Shown piece after piece: positions 35,253 through 47,743 of a stretch of 64,000 nucleotides of DNA. The notes under the pieces are model-generated. The model ran no database searches, had not been told where the DNA came from, and worked only from the letters and a program-made list of their open reading frames with translations. The stretch comes from Curvularia clavata (taxonomy: Eukaryota): contig CP089278.1 of NCBI GenBank assembly GCA_023920165.1, positions 1,054,001 through 1,118,000 on the forward strand. The letters run 5' to 3'. The translations under genes were made by a program, and so were the position numbers. Numbering within the stretch: the stretch's first letter is position 1; each line of letters begins with the position of its first letter.

Positions 35253-36983
35253 TCACGCGCCTCCGTTGGCAAGGGTACTAGGATGCGTAGGCGGCCCATC
35301 TCTGCCCACACTATTCAAATCGGCCAGCAAAAGCCGGAGATGATTTTGTCGATTCTGGTTGCTGCTCCAGGTGACAGCTTGCGAGTAATACAGGATATCC
35401 CAAGCGTCGTCGCTGATGTTCTGCAGAAAAGTCGGTAGCACGCGCGCCTTCTGGTAGGAACGCCACAGTACACGCCGGATATCGTCGTTTGCACCGATGT
35501 ACGCAAACTGGATCGCTTGGTTGAAGGACTTGAGGGCAGGAGAGATATTGAACGGGGAAGGGAGGCTGACGCGAAGGCGGTCGAGAGCAGCACTATGTTC
35601 CGGATCCTGGCGGGCCATAGCCATGCGTTCTTTCAGCGTAGCGGTGTGGTCGTCGTCAAGCTCATATGGATCTGGCGCTGTTTCGTGCGCGACTGTTGTC
35701 AAATCGCCCGTCTGTGGCTTGTGTTCCTCAATGAGCCTTTGAATGTAAACGAGCTTTTCCATAAGCCGGGGATCTTCCATAATCTTGTCGACCTTGGCCT
35801 GAAGCTCGGCAGGCACCTCTTCTTCCTCTTCCTCGATTTGTGGGGGTTGCGACGCCTTGGATAGAGCGAGCTTCTTCAACTCTTCTGCAAGCTCTTCAGG
35901 ATCCATTTCACGCTCAAAGACACCTTCTTGGTCTTGCGTGCCGGTTGGGTCTTCGCTGAGCGCTGCGTCGAGTTCGGCTTCGAGGTTGGAGTCTCCGCCT
36001 AGCGATTTCATAACATCGCGCATCTGGTGCAGGAGCTTATCCACATCCTGCATGTCTTCGGGTGTTGGCACGGCGAGATCGTCGTCTGGCGCTTCGGCTT
36101 CGGCTATGGCATCACTTGTGTTTCTTTGATATTGTTCCCATTCTGCCTCCAAGTCCGCATCGTCCACATCTTGTTCCAATGCAGCAAGCTTCTTCTGCAT
36201 AGCCTCGTTGCCTTCAAGCTTAGCCATGGCCTTTTGTAGCACCTCTTGGAATTCGGGGCTGTCAATGTCCTCCATTTCGGGCATTTTGTTGACGACTTCT
36301 TGCAGTGCTTCCTTCGCATCGCCAATATCTGGGTCGTCGATGAGTTCTTGCAGGGCTTCGTGTGTGGCCATCCGTAAGCCTGCGTTGAACTCTTTGCTGC
36401 TTCCCTCGACCTCAAGTGCGTCTTCTTTGTCCATCGCTTCGAGTTCCTTCTTCGACTTGATGCTTTGCTTGATGTCTTTCAACTCTTCTGTCAACTCAGC
36501 GAAATTTGGGTTCGAGAGCAGGCTGTCAATGAGGCGGCGGTTTAGTTTCGCATCGTCGTAATCGGGGTTCTTTTGCGATTCTTCAATCATGGTGAACATC
36601 TCCTTGTCTTTCTTGCGGTCTTGGGGCGTCGCAATGCGATCAATCAGGCGCCGAGGTGTGCCCTTGTCCAGGTCCTGCTCGTACCAATTAATGACAGGTA
36701 GATCATCGCTCTCAAGTTCAGCGTCAGACAGTGGGCGCATTGCTTTGTCCATTTTGGCTTCATCATCGAATATGGTTCGAGAACCCTTTACGCGCTCCAA
36801 TACTGACGGATCTGGCTCTGAGGTGGCATTCGGATGCACTGTTCTATCCTTGGAGGCTTTGGAGCGTTTTCCACGGAGAAATTGGGCGGGGAGAGGACGA
36901 GCAAGAGGACACCTTATGGGCTGCGGTCGAGAAAGCGCTCGGATGAGTGCTCTCGAAGGAATGTATACTCTTAAAGGCGCCAT
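35253..36983 (-). CDS. Hypothetical acidic helical protein with a mitochondrial presequence-like N-terminus
   Basis: Arg-rich, acid-free MAPLRVYIPSRALIRALSRPQPIRCPLARPL, followed by a long Glu/Asp-rich ORF. Confidence 0.78.
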   Translation of the reverse strand: MAPLRVYIPSRALIRALSRPQPIRCPLARPLPAQFLRGKRSKASKDRTVHPNATSEPDPSVLERVKGSRTIFDDEAKMDKAMRPLSDAELESDDLPVINWYEQDLDKGTPRRLIDRIATPQDRKKDKEMFTMIEESQKNPDYDDAKLNRRLIDSLLSNPNFAELTEELKDIKQSIKSKKELEAMDKEDALEVEGSSKEFNAGLRMATHEALQELIDDPDIGDAKEALQEVVNKMPEMEDIDSPEFQEVLQKAMAKLEGNEAMQKKLAALEQDVDDADLEAEWEQYQRNTSDAIAEAEAPDDDLAVPTPEDMQDVDKLLHQMRDVMKSLGGDSNLEAELDAALSEDPTGTQDQEGVFEREMDPEELAEELKKLALSKASQPPQIEEEEEEVPAELQAKVDKIMEDPRLMEKLVYIQRLIEEHKPQTGDLTTVAHETAPDPYELDDDHTATLKERMAMARQDPEHSAALDRLRVSLPSPFNISPALKSFNQAIQFAYIGANDDIRRVLWRSYQKARVLPTFLQNISDDAWDILYYSQAVTWSSNQNRQNHLRLLLADLNSVGRDGPPTHPSTLANGGA

Positions 36984-38399
36984 GACTGTAACTAGTATTT
37001 GTCCCGATAATGACGCTGATTGTGATCCCGAGAGTTTTTGGCATGTTTGCAAATATGGCAAACGCTCTTGGCACCTCCGAGAACTCCGCAAACAGCGCTA
37101 AGCCTAGTTGGGTATCCTTCATCCACATCTGAACATGTGCTCATCGTTTGGGGCTCTAGAAGCTTGCGTGTCTTTACGGCTGGTTCTAGATGTCTTTGAT
37201 GTGCACACTCGGCAGGAGTAGCATCTGGTAGTTCTGCTGCTGCTGGGAGCCTTCCTGCTCTCTGAAAAATCCTGGTATCCTCGAAAGTTTATCTGGAAGG
37301 TCCGGTGGACCTTTCATGACGCAGTGCCGGAAAGGTCATGGTAATTGCTGACTGTATCAGGACCCATATTCACAGCTTACTTCGTACATGGTTGTGAGAT
37401 ATAATTAGCGCAAAGTTTGGGATGATTGCTTGGTTTTGCCCCAGCCCCAATTGTGAAAAGCTTTCTTGCACCTTACCCAGAGCTCGCCCTGCATACATCC
37501 GGAATCACTGTGATGCAACAGGCCGTCTAATATCAAGACACAATTGCGCAGACACAAAGCGACTTACTGTCATCTAATCGCACCAATCATTCTTTCCGGT
37601 GTTAATGCTAGTTCTTACAGAGTTCAGTCCGCAAAGTCATACTTGAATGCTCCAAGATACATTCTTGATCAATTCATTGCAACGACATGTGGGACAAATG
37701 GTAAGCCAATCACATTCAAAGGTACATTGCTCGTTCCTTGCTTTTCTACGCTTACTGTGTACTTGGAGTAGCTTAGTGACCACTGGTTTCTTGGACCTTC
37801 CCATTATGGATTCAGACTCCAGATTGGTATTGACAGGATCGGCGTCATGCGATGATCTGATATCGGAAAGACACCACTCGTTGCAAGCTCCCGAAGCACT
37901 TGCAGGGATCATCTCACGTGTATTCTCGCAGCTCGGCAATTCTGCGGGACACGGATTAATACCACCAAGCAAAAACCCGAGCGAACATCATGTGCAAGGG
38001 TAAATACGGGTATTGAATGTTCGATCGCGCTTGGTCCCGGAGGCCAGTCTTCCTTCAAGTACACACTAGCGCTTCCCCACCGTTTGTTTGTCGATCCTTG
38101 CCCCGGCTATCGTTTGCGGGTAAAAATTACATCCTGAATAGCCAGAATTTGAAGTTTGGAGTCCGATTTATCAAACACTAATGTTTAATTTGTGGTCTAA
38201 TTTCATCCTGACCAGTTGTGGTCATCCCTGTAATATACTACCCCTGGACTATTGAAACAAATGTCCTCTACTCGTGACCTCATAACGCACAGCCAGTCAT
38301 TCCGTCAATGAGCGCTCAGCAAGGTGAGAAACTATAAACCTGGTGCATTTCCTGGGGCCGCGCAAAAATGCGACAGCGATCTCATCAAGAAGCTTCAAA

Positions 38400-39902
38400 A
38401 TGCGCCTTTTCAGTGTGGCAGGTCTGGGCCTGATAGCCTCAGTCGCCAATGCATCGCTGCAAATTGTACCCGGAGCTACATGGACAGCAGTGCGTTACTT
38501 TCGTGATTAGCACTGCACCACCTTCAACTAAGACTGATTCAGACAAACATTGGCCAACACATCCAAGCCCATGGCGGAGGTATGATCAAGGATGGCGGAA
38601 AGTGGTATTGGTATGTCGTATAATTTACAGTATGCATATCTAGACTCACAGTTAATATCATTCCAGGGTAGGCGAAGACAAAACCAACGGCAGTGCCTTC
38701 CAGAACATAAACTGCTATTCGTCAAGCAACCTGGTAGAATGGACTTACGAAGGCGCTGTGCTTTCGCGCACCGCATCAGGAGACACGGGCCCCAACCGTG
38801 TCATCGAGCGGCCAAAGATAATGCACAACAAGAAGACCGGAAAGTATCTGCTATGGATGCACATTGATAGCTCAGATTATAGTGATGCTAGGATTGGCGT
38901 GGCTATCGGTGACACAGTCTGTGGAAAGTACACTTACCTGCGGAGTGAAAGGCCGCTGGGCTTTCAGAGCAGAGACTCGGGTGTGTTTGTTGATGATGAT
39001 GGAAAAGGCTATCTACTCACTGAAGACGTAAGATCCCTTGCCTTGGCTACTCAACCTTCATGAATAACTGATTGGACTAGCGTGAAAACGGTCTCCGCAT
39101 CAATGCCCTTTCAGACGACTACTTGAATGTCACTAAAAACGTCTACAAATGGGCAGAAAAATATGAAGCTCCAGCAGTGATCAAGAGCAACGGAGTGTAC
39201 TTCATGTTTGCTTCCCAACTATCTGGCTGGAATCCGAACGACAACTACTACAGTACATCGACGTCTCTCTCGGGCCCTTGGTCTTCCTGGAAAAAGTTCG
39301 CCGATTCCGGATCAAACACTTACGCCTCTCAGACAACATTTGTACTTCCTGTGGGGAACAACTTCATGTACATGGGCGATCGATGGCACAGCGAAAACCT
39401 TATGAGGAGCACATATGTCTGGTTACCGCTGCAAATATCCGGCACCACTGCGACCATGAAGAATGCAGTGAACTGGATCATCAACCCTAGTACTGGCGCT
39501 ATGACTTCCGGACCAAGCGAAAACTCCTACGAGGGCGAGGCTGCAACCCTGGCCAACGGTGCGAAGTCTGTGTCATGCTCAGGTTGCTCTGGTTCTCAAT
39601 TCGCTGGTTACATTGGCGGGACATCATCTGGCACTATCACCTTTTCCAACGCCCAGTCTTCGGCTACGACACGTACGACACTTCGAATCAAGTACCTCAA
39701 TGGAGATAGCACCCAGCGGTATGCGGATGTTACCGTCAATGGGAAGACACAAAAGGTGGCTTTTGTGCCATACGGTGGAAGTGATCCCGGAAGTTCTGTC
39801 GTGCATGTTGATCTGAAGCAAGGCAGTAACGAGATCAAGATTGCAGGAAGCAACGGAGGATGGGGTCCAGATATCGATCGGGTTTTCGTGCCTGTGAACT
39901 AA
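38400..39902 (+). CDS. GH43 glycoside hydrolase plus CBM35/CBM6 (exo-beta-1,3-galactanase-like)
   Basis: Signal peptide, HIQAHGGGM, VIERPK, QSRDSGVF.DDDG.GYL, YEAPA, YMGDRW, and C-terminal YEGEAATLANGA..GPDIDR. Three introns. Confidence 0.92.
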
Positions 39903-40335
39903 TCACGGGCCTCGGGTTCAGGACTTTAAGGCCCAATGAAGATGCCGCAAGCCTCGAAATATCCGTGTCGAAGAGTCATGTTTGAGCTTTGTACATAACA
40001 CCTATAGGAATGTATCAAATCATGATGTTTGGTGCGTACGGAAGATCGTTTGGATGTGATAATCTTCGGCAACTATAATACCCGTATCTGGTTCCCCAGA
40101 AGAGTATTCATTATCAAACATCACATCATAATCATGCCGCTCTGAAAATTCGCAAAGACATTATTTTTTTACTAGTTACTATTGTGAGGTGAATTTTTGA
40201 TCGGAGGGGATGTGTGTAAAAAGAAAAGGCGTATGTATGGCACGCTGACCAGCAGCCGTTGGAGATTTGAAACCCAACAATTACCCGTACAAAGATATAC
40301 AAAGAAAATTTGGAGGGTTTCTCCACAGAATGTAA

Positions 40336-41050
40336 TTATGCAGTGAACATTTTCGCGCTGACTGATCGCGCAGCAGCTGCACCACCTGCGCCCACTTTGC
40401 TCATAACGAATCTGGCAGCCTGGTTGGCATTTGCTCCATACGACAGATGGGGTGGTAGAATGACAGCTTGTCCCGCGCAGATAAGATCGCCCGCTGCACA
40501 GAAAACTTTGGTGTTTGCAGCGGAAACCTTGCCCACCGGCTTGCCGTTGTTGGGATCACCGAAAATAACGGCGCTGGATACAAAGGCGGTGTCTTCAGCG
40601 CTAAGCATGTTGGCTGCGTTGTGAACGAGCTGACCTCCTTGGCTTTGATATGGTTAGTACACATCTTGAGATCGAGAATATCCTTCAAACAAGAGAAACG
40701 ACTTACGAGTATCCCGCCATGACTAGCTTCGTGTCTGGGCACTTCGCGCGAACTTGTCCAACCATTTGTGCCATCAACTTGCTACCACCAGCATCCCCAC
40801 CAACTAGGAAGCCAGGAACATCCGCTGGATATTCGATGCCTTGGACAGCGATATTGCCACCCATCATGGCACCGACAGCTGAGACAAACGGTGGCCCAGC
40901 AATACTGCCCATGTTACCGAGCTCAGTGGTACCACGGGCAAAAAGCACTGTCATCGCCTTACATCCCCCGCCATTCTTAACATCGTTTTGAGTGGATGAT
41001 ATAAGTGCGGCCGTTGAGACAGTTGGAAGGAGAAAGAAGAGAGACTTCAT
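40336..41050 (-). CDS. Cutinase (CE5)
   Basis: Signal peptide, VLFARGTTELGNMG, GYSQG across intron 40706-40643, VIFGDP and FCAAGDLIC..PPHLSY. Confidence 0.95.
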
Positions 41051-42791
41051 GTTGATAAGTGGGTATACTGTACGATTTGCTTTTACTAAAGAAGAATATA
41101 GGATCAACCTATAAGGCAAGAAAGGAAAGATGAGTCTGCGGTGAAAAAAATGATGTAGAAGGAAAAAACGATACGCTACTGATTCGGTATTGTAGGGATT
41201 ATTATTTCTTCTTATAGAACAGTCGAGTGCATCAAATCACGAAGCTACCGAGGTACTCATGTAAGTCCAAGTCGTTCCGACTCATGGTGTACAAGCCAGC
41301 AATGTTTCCAAATCCCTTCCAAGAACGCATCAAACATCATGCCGCTCCTCAAATAGCACAACAGAGAGCGGTCAGCCTGTTCCTGAGACATGTTCTATGC
41401 AACCTTCCGCATTAAAGTGAGCCTCCTTAGGAATTCCTTTTGTCTGGCGTCAAATGTCGTAGGGCTACAGGTGTGTGGCTGTCGCAGTGTACCTAACGGT
41501 TCATGCCGTATGAAATGCCAAGAACGAAAGGACCTTGTTTCCATGATGCGGAGCATGGTTAGAGTAGATAAAACAGACAAAAGGTCAGAAGACTCCACAT
41601 CCGCGATCTGTTCACGGAATATTTGGTTACCGATTCTGCAATACGATGCGGCTTGTCGGTCCGGCCCGTATCAGCTAGAGCATAGCATAGCAGTCCAGTA
41701 TTACCCTTAGTCTAACTCTGCAAACATCGCCAGCCCTATATGGAAGAAAGTTATTTACTTCAGCGAAACCCTCCAAAGACTTACCTTAGTATTGGAAATA
41801 TCGCTGTGCGGCTAAGGTAATACGTCATGAGACTGGGTGCTGTCGCATGTGTCGTTCAACAGTAGCGGTTTCAGCAAGAAGTTCCACGTTTCCAGCTTTC
41901 GCATCACATTGCGTTTTACAACAGAGGCCATGGGGTCATCTGATTTCACGGCAGCATGGTCTTCCGAGAGTGATCTACCGGCCTTGTTTGTACAGTGGGG
42001 ATTGTGCGACAGATCTACGAGGCTTGGTGAGCTTATTCAGGCGACAAGGCTGCGATTAACACTAGAGATCTGATCGGGCCTGATAAAATGGTATATATTC
42101 ACTCACCAGGAGAGCCGAGGCATTGCAAAATTTGAAATATGAGTTTCAGTTGTCCCAACGATGAAGACAATCGCGAGGCGATGCGACTGGACAGGTGCTA
42201 CAGCCGTCAGCAACCAACGTCAAAGCCGGTACAGGGAATATAACAATATGCATTTTCAGAGAAAGTCACAGAGACAAAAAGAAAGGACTCAGTGTTCTAG
42301 GCCTCTGGTTGTACTTGAATAGTGCAACAAAGGCTGTCCCTACCTCGATAGTCCAGCCACCCACTAATTCCCAAAAAAAGGCACCTTCGAGCCCTTAGGG
42401 AAAATGTATAGGCACTACTAGGTTCATTACATCATTGTGGATGGTTCTTGTGATTTATTGCACAATAGTAAGAGTTCTTGTGGTGGTTTTGACTATGGAT
42501 TGAAATGTTTTGGTGGGGTAGTGTTTATTTCATCATTCAAGTATCGGGAGTCTCTCCGTCGGCAAAAGGATTTAGATAAGGGCGCAGTCTCCCGCTTCGT
42601 CATTGGACATCAAAAGTCCAGGGCCTAACGGATTCCCCGTGCCGCAACATGAGTCATGTGCTTGCGCCCTTCGTACATGGGTCTATTTTCGTGGTGTGAG
42701 CCTTATGGGCAACTCAAAATCAAGAGCCTGCCTGAAGAATTCACCCTTGCTGAATATCATTACCTCGTAACTCGATCAGAAATACAACACT

Positions 42792-43498
42792 ATGCCGCTG
42801 GAATTGCACCGCATAACGTCGCCAGACGACTTCGAGACTTTCAGTACCATCCAACTCGCCGCTTTTGCGAGCGGCGGCGGCATAGCTGCTTTACTCAGCC
42901 CCGACCTTGACAGCAAAGAGACTCAAGAAAAATATGTTGAGAGACACATTCAATCCTGGCGCGATGAGCCCGACGTCGTGTATCTCAAAGTTGTAGATAC
43001 AGATATTGAGGGTGGAAAGATGATTGCTGGAGCAAAATGGCGCATCAACGAGAAAGAGCGAAGTGAAGAAGTGGTAGAGAAGATGTATCCTAAGCCTCAA
43101 GGAAAAGATCTGGAGAAGCCGGCGGTGGTGGACTTTTTCGCGTTCTTGAGCCGAGTAAGGAAACAGTACATGGGCACCAAACCTTTCTGCTGTAAGTTTT
43201 GAACTATGAATCAAGGCAGAAATCAAGCTAAGTTCAACCAGTTCTGCATATCCTAGTAACGCATCCGGATCATCATCGCAAAGGTGCAGGGACTATGCTA
43301 CTAAATTGGGGCATCAGCAAAGCTGACAGCTTGGGGCTTCCTGCTTTCTTGGAGTCGTCAGCCATGGGTAGGCCGCTGTACGAGAGGCTGGGATTTCAGG
43401 CTAGAGAGGTCGTCACCTTCGACCTGAAAAAATACGGTCTCGAGGGTACGGATACGAACACTGTCATGATTAGGGAGCCATTGTCAAACACCGCTTGA
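42792..43498 (+). CDS. GNAT-family acetyltransferase
   Basis: YLKVVDTD..IAGAKW, intron about 43192-43241, LVTHPDHHRKGAGTMLL and FLESSAMGRPLYERLGF. Confidence 0.9.
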
Positions 43499-43644
43499 GA
43501 TTATAAGAGTACAGAACAGGCCACAGTCTATTTTGCTTGTCAGAGTTATCGCATTTGCAACATGGCCCCTCATTCGTCTGCAATAGACTGTATATACAAG
43601 ATCTCAACGCGTCGTTACGTGGGAATAGCGAAGTATCGTATCCA

Positions 43645-44269
43645 TCATTGCCATCGTCTGGAGCTCAACTTAATATGCACAACAACTTCTCGCTCCCGTA
43701 ACTTTTCCAGCCTTCCTATGAAATCTGCACACTGCTTCTGTTGACGTAGCCCTGTCGTATGTGCGAATTGATCTAAAGTCACCTCCGATAGCTCACGGAT
43801 GTTCTCCAATGCACTGAAGAACCTGTCCACAATTTCCTGGCTTCCCTCCTCCAGCACAAGCTGCATCAGGACAAGAGACTTGATCTCAGATGATGCACTG
43901 CCTGTGTATGAGAAAAAGAGAACAGCAGTCTGTAAGCTAAAAAATTTAAACCCACAAGTCGCGCAAAGGTAGGAAAGCGCTTCTGCGCGGATCTGGCGGG
44001 ACACCCGAAAAATAGGAGGACGAAGTACTGCCGCACCGAAGTGCTCAGGCTTGGTGCAATTAGAGATCGTAAGGGGGCTCAAGTCGGGGTAGCTGTAGTA
44101 GGCATATATTTGGTTGCGTATCTCGCCCGGTAAGTCTAGGAATGTAGTGCGGGTCGCTCTAGGCTTCGTCACGATTAGCCACGTGCGGGGACGGAAAGCC
44201 AGTTCACGTTACATTTTCAGTTGATGCACCGGTAACCTTATTGCGGAACCATCTTCTCATGTTCATCAT
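43645..44269 (-). CDS. Hypothetical protein with F-box-like N-terminal motif
   Basis: Exon MMNMRRWFRNKVTGASTEN, intron 44212-44164, then FLDLPGEIRNQIY and IFRVSRQIRAEAL. Confidence 0.7.
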
Positions 44270-44617
44270 GTTGGCGACGGTGTGACAGTCTCGACGCTGT
44301 TCTCATAGCTTGAGTCGTCACATCTACCTACGGGCGGCTGCCTGAGCGCGTTCCCTAATTAGGAATGCCCAATCATCGAACACCCCGCATGCAAGACGCC
44401 CTAATGATGTGTAACATTAATTTGACATCGAACTCATCTCGCGATTTATCCTATCACCTGCGAAAGCATTTCTTCTTGGTTATCTTCACGATACAGCATA
44501 ACTTCGCAAGATGTATCGCACCCTCTGTGCCTACGGCAATTGAACTCAGTGGTATCATGGCATCTGGAGGAAGTCTTAATATACAGGAGAAAAAGAAACT
44601 AGAGAGGTATGTTGAGC

Positions 44618-46719
44618 CTATTCTTCCTCGTCTTCTTTTTTCCGCTGACGATTCAGCTCGTCAATCACCTTCTTACCACATGCAAGCACTTCCATTGTTC
44701 GGCTCTTGTTATCATGGTCTCGTGTCTCTGGAACCAGGAAATAAGTGGTTACCGCGCCGGCAAGCATAAAAGCACTCATGACCTGCAGAACGTGTCCAAA
44801 ATCCCGGCGTTCCTCCCACTTGAGATTGTCTTTGTCGTTTGCGCTGCCAGTTTGAAAGGCGTATGCGATGAAGATCTGGACGATCCAGGATCCTAGCTTG
44901 CCACTGGCGGCAGCTATGCCGTGGCATGTACAGCGATATCTCGTTGGGAAAATCTCGGCAGGGATGATGAATGTTGTCACGTTTGGCCCTAGGTTGAAGG
45001 CAATGTGACTCAGCACATATAGAATGATCAGGCCGGATCGACTACTGTCAAGTAGCGTCGTCCAAGCACTTCCTGTTACGATGAAGAGCACGAACAGGGC
45101 CACGAAGCCCCAGAACTGGATGACCTTTGGCGAGACGTACTTGACGATCTTGATCATCAACAGGCCGCCGACGACCGTTCCGGTCGAGACCATGACCAAA
45201 GTGTGTTTGCTGTTGCCGCTCAAAGTTGCATATACCGACAACTTCTGATCGGGATTCTCCTGCCAAATATGGTTGACAATCTTCGGTGATGAAAGTCCTA
45301 ATCCATAGACTAGCATAGGATTAGTAGCAGTCGAGGTGCGGATTCTCGGCTTACTTACATGCGAAATCAAGGAAGAGCCAGGCTAGGGATGTTCCCAGCA
45401 GATAGTGCCAGTTCTTCTCCACGATGAAGAAGTTCTTAGCATCTGCCCAAGAGGCGAGTGGAGGAATATAGTCAGGGTCACCAGGCAATGGCTGTGCAGA
45501 TTGAGGCGCATTTGAGCGGTTTTGGTCGTTGCTGATTTGGTGCTCAGATTCGTCGTCGCTATAGACAATTTCTTCGGGCGGTATTCCAGAGGAGCTGGAT
45601 GAACGTCTTGAGGTTGTCTGTGCAGGGGCCTCGGAATGTATGATGTGTCTCATCTCGGCTTCACCGTTTTCTGGATTGAACTCGGGCGCGCCAAAGTAAT
45701 TTGCTGTGTCTTGGAGGGTTTCTTTTGTGTTCTGCAATATATCGAGCGTATACCTTGGACTTTCAGGAATCGTGAAACGGAAGACCAAAGCAATGACAGC
45801 TGGTATGACGCCGATGCCGATGACCAACCTCCAAAGTCGGTCGATGGCACGGAAACATTCCAGGTCGTCATCGCGGCATGCTGGAAGTTCCTTTTCAATC
45901 CACGGTTTGTATGCTTCTACTGCAGCCAGCGACAAGACGTTGGCAAGTAGCTGTCCTACAGGTTGAGCGAAGAAGACCCAGCTCAACATTCGCGCCCGGT
46001 GCTTTCGAGGGGCAAACTCAGCCGTGATAACCTGGCATCGCGGTCAGCTGTTGCTCCTTCTAAATGGAGAAAACCTACAGCACTAAGTGGATAATCGGCT
46101 CCAATGCCAAGGCCTTTTTTTGATGTTAGGACATTACGCGTTGTGAAACGGTGCCAACATACCCATAATTGCTCTCCAGGTAATCAGCCATCCTCCAATA
46201 GCCATGCTATTCTTCTCGCCATTGGAGCTCATTAACAAGAGCATAGTTCCGACTATAATAATCACCAACTCGAGTCCATACATCTTTCGTCTGCCGAGGA
46301 AGTCGGCAGCGACGCCAAATCCTATCTGACCAAGCATAGTACCAGCAAGCGTTGAACACATCATCGCAGTTTTTACTTGCGACGGTACGTAAGGCATACC
46401 ATTGTCGAGGTGTCGTGGCCAGTATACATAGCCTAGCATTGGGGTAACAACGTTGAGTGCAAACAGGCCAAAGGCATCGGTCAAGAAACCTATACCAGCA
46501 ACTACGACGACCCAGACCTGGAAAGGTGCGGCATCGATGGTAGCCAGTGTCCATCGTCGCCGCCTTGATTCCTGAAAAAAGTGTCAGACAATGATAGGGA
46601 TTGGAATGTTTCGGCCTGATCTCTATGCTTACCGGAATACCACTCCCTCCTGCTGTAAGGTCCTCTACGCCAATCTGGTGGCCTCTGATTGGCCGCGTGA
46701 TCCAGTTGCGGAGGCCCAT
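44618..46719 (-). CDS. MFS phosphate:H+ symporter (Pho84-like)
   Basis: GIGFLTDAF, ADFLGRRKMYGLEL, GIGADYPLSA, RFTIPESPRY, WLFLDFA, NLGPNVTTFIIPAEIFPTRYRCTCHGIAAASGKLG. Four introns. Confidence 0.9.
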
Positions 46720-47743
46720 ATTGTGCAATACGGATAGTTTCTAAGAAGATGATCTTATTGCTCAAACCTGTCAGATTCACAAAGGATCAGCTGCATATGA
46801 GTCTTATACTAAGCTCGTCTCGGGACTACCTGGAGGACTATGGCAGATGCGCAAAGCCTCAGCCACAGGTGCAGAGTATGCCTAACATAGACGGCGGAAG
46901 TACGTGCACTGCCCCACGCCGTGAGGCAGACCGGTCAACTGAAAGGTACATGTGCAGGCTGTCACTCATTCTCACTTGCTACGCTCTCAATCAGTACAGT
47001 CTCGCCCGCCGAAGGCAGACTTGGTGGCGTCCGTGGCTGCATCAAAACATTGCGAAACCTTTATCTGGCTAGTCTGAGCCCCGCGGTCACCCTGAATAGA
47101 CAAGACATGTATGACTTGTCGCCTTCTCACAAGAGTCAGGACTGCCTCCAAGAGCGTTCAATTGGCAGATCTCGTATGCAGAGGGGCTATGCAGATACCA
47201 TTTTCCAAAAACCAGTCTCTTGGAAACAAGAGTCGACTCATGCGTGTTCGCGAGAAAGCCACAATGTTCTGGGTAATGAGGGCAAGCCGTTGTGGTAGTT
47301 GACGATGGCCGTTCGCTTCCCCACGTGGTGTTGTTCGGCCTCTCATTGAACGTTGCATGGGATCGTCCTAGATTCGGCGTCCAACCTCGGAAGCGCCACA
47401 AGTATTAACGCGACCTTTCTTCCGCCCCCTGACCAGCTCACGATAGGCAATCTTGTCATGCCGTCTTGTGAAGCTTCGCAAAGCGTGTGCCTGGCCCGAA
47501 TCCGTCGGTAGTCAATATGCTGAGCCACCCCATATGCCGCAACGGTGTCCCATTGGCGTGGCCTGGACCGGCGCATGCTCAGAAAACGCGCGCCCAGAGA
47601 GCATCCCCTACAACACTGTTACTCTCTTCTGGGAGCCTTGCGCTCTCTCCACATTGCAATCCACCAGATACGAGCAGTCCATAGTGAATGAGCACACTTT
47701 ACATTGTTAGTGTTGCGCTTCAGCGCGGCGCAAGACAACAAAT

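Noticed and set aside
47322..47327. CACGTG as a Pho4/NUC-1 site for the Pho84-like gene
   Set aside because: A single hexamer about 600 bp upstream, not distinguishable from chance.
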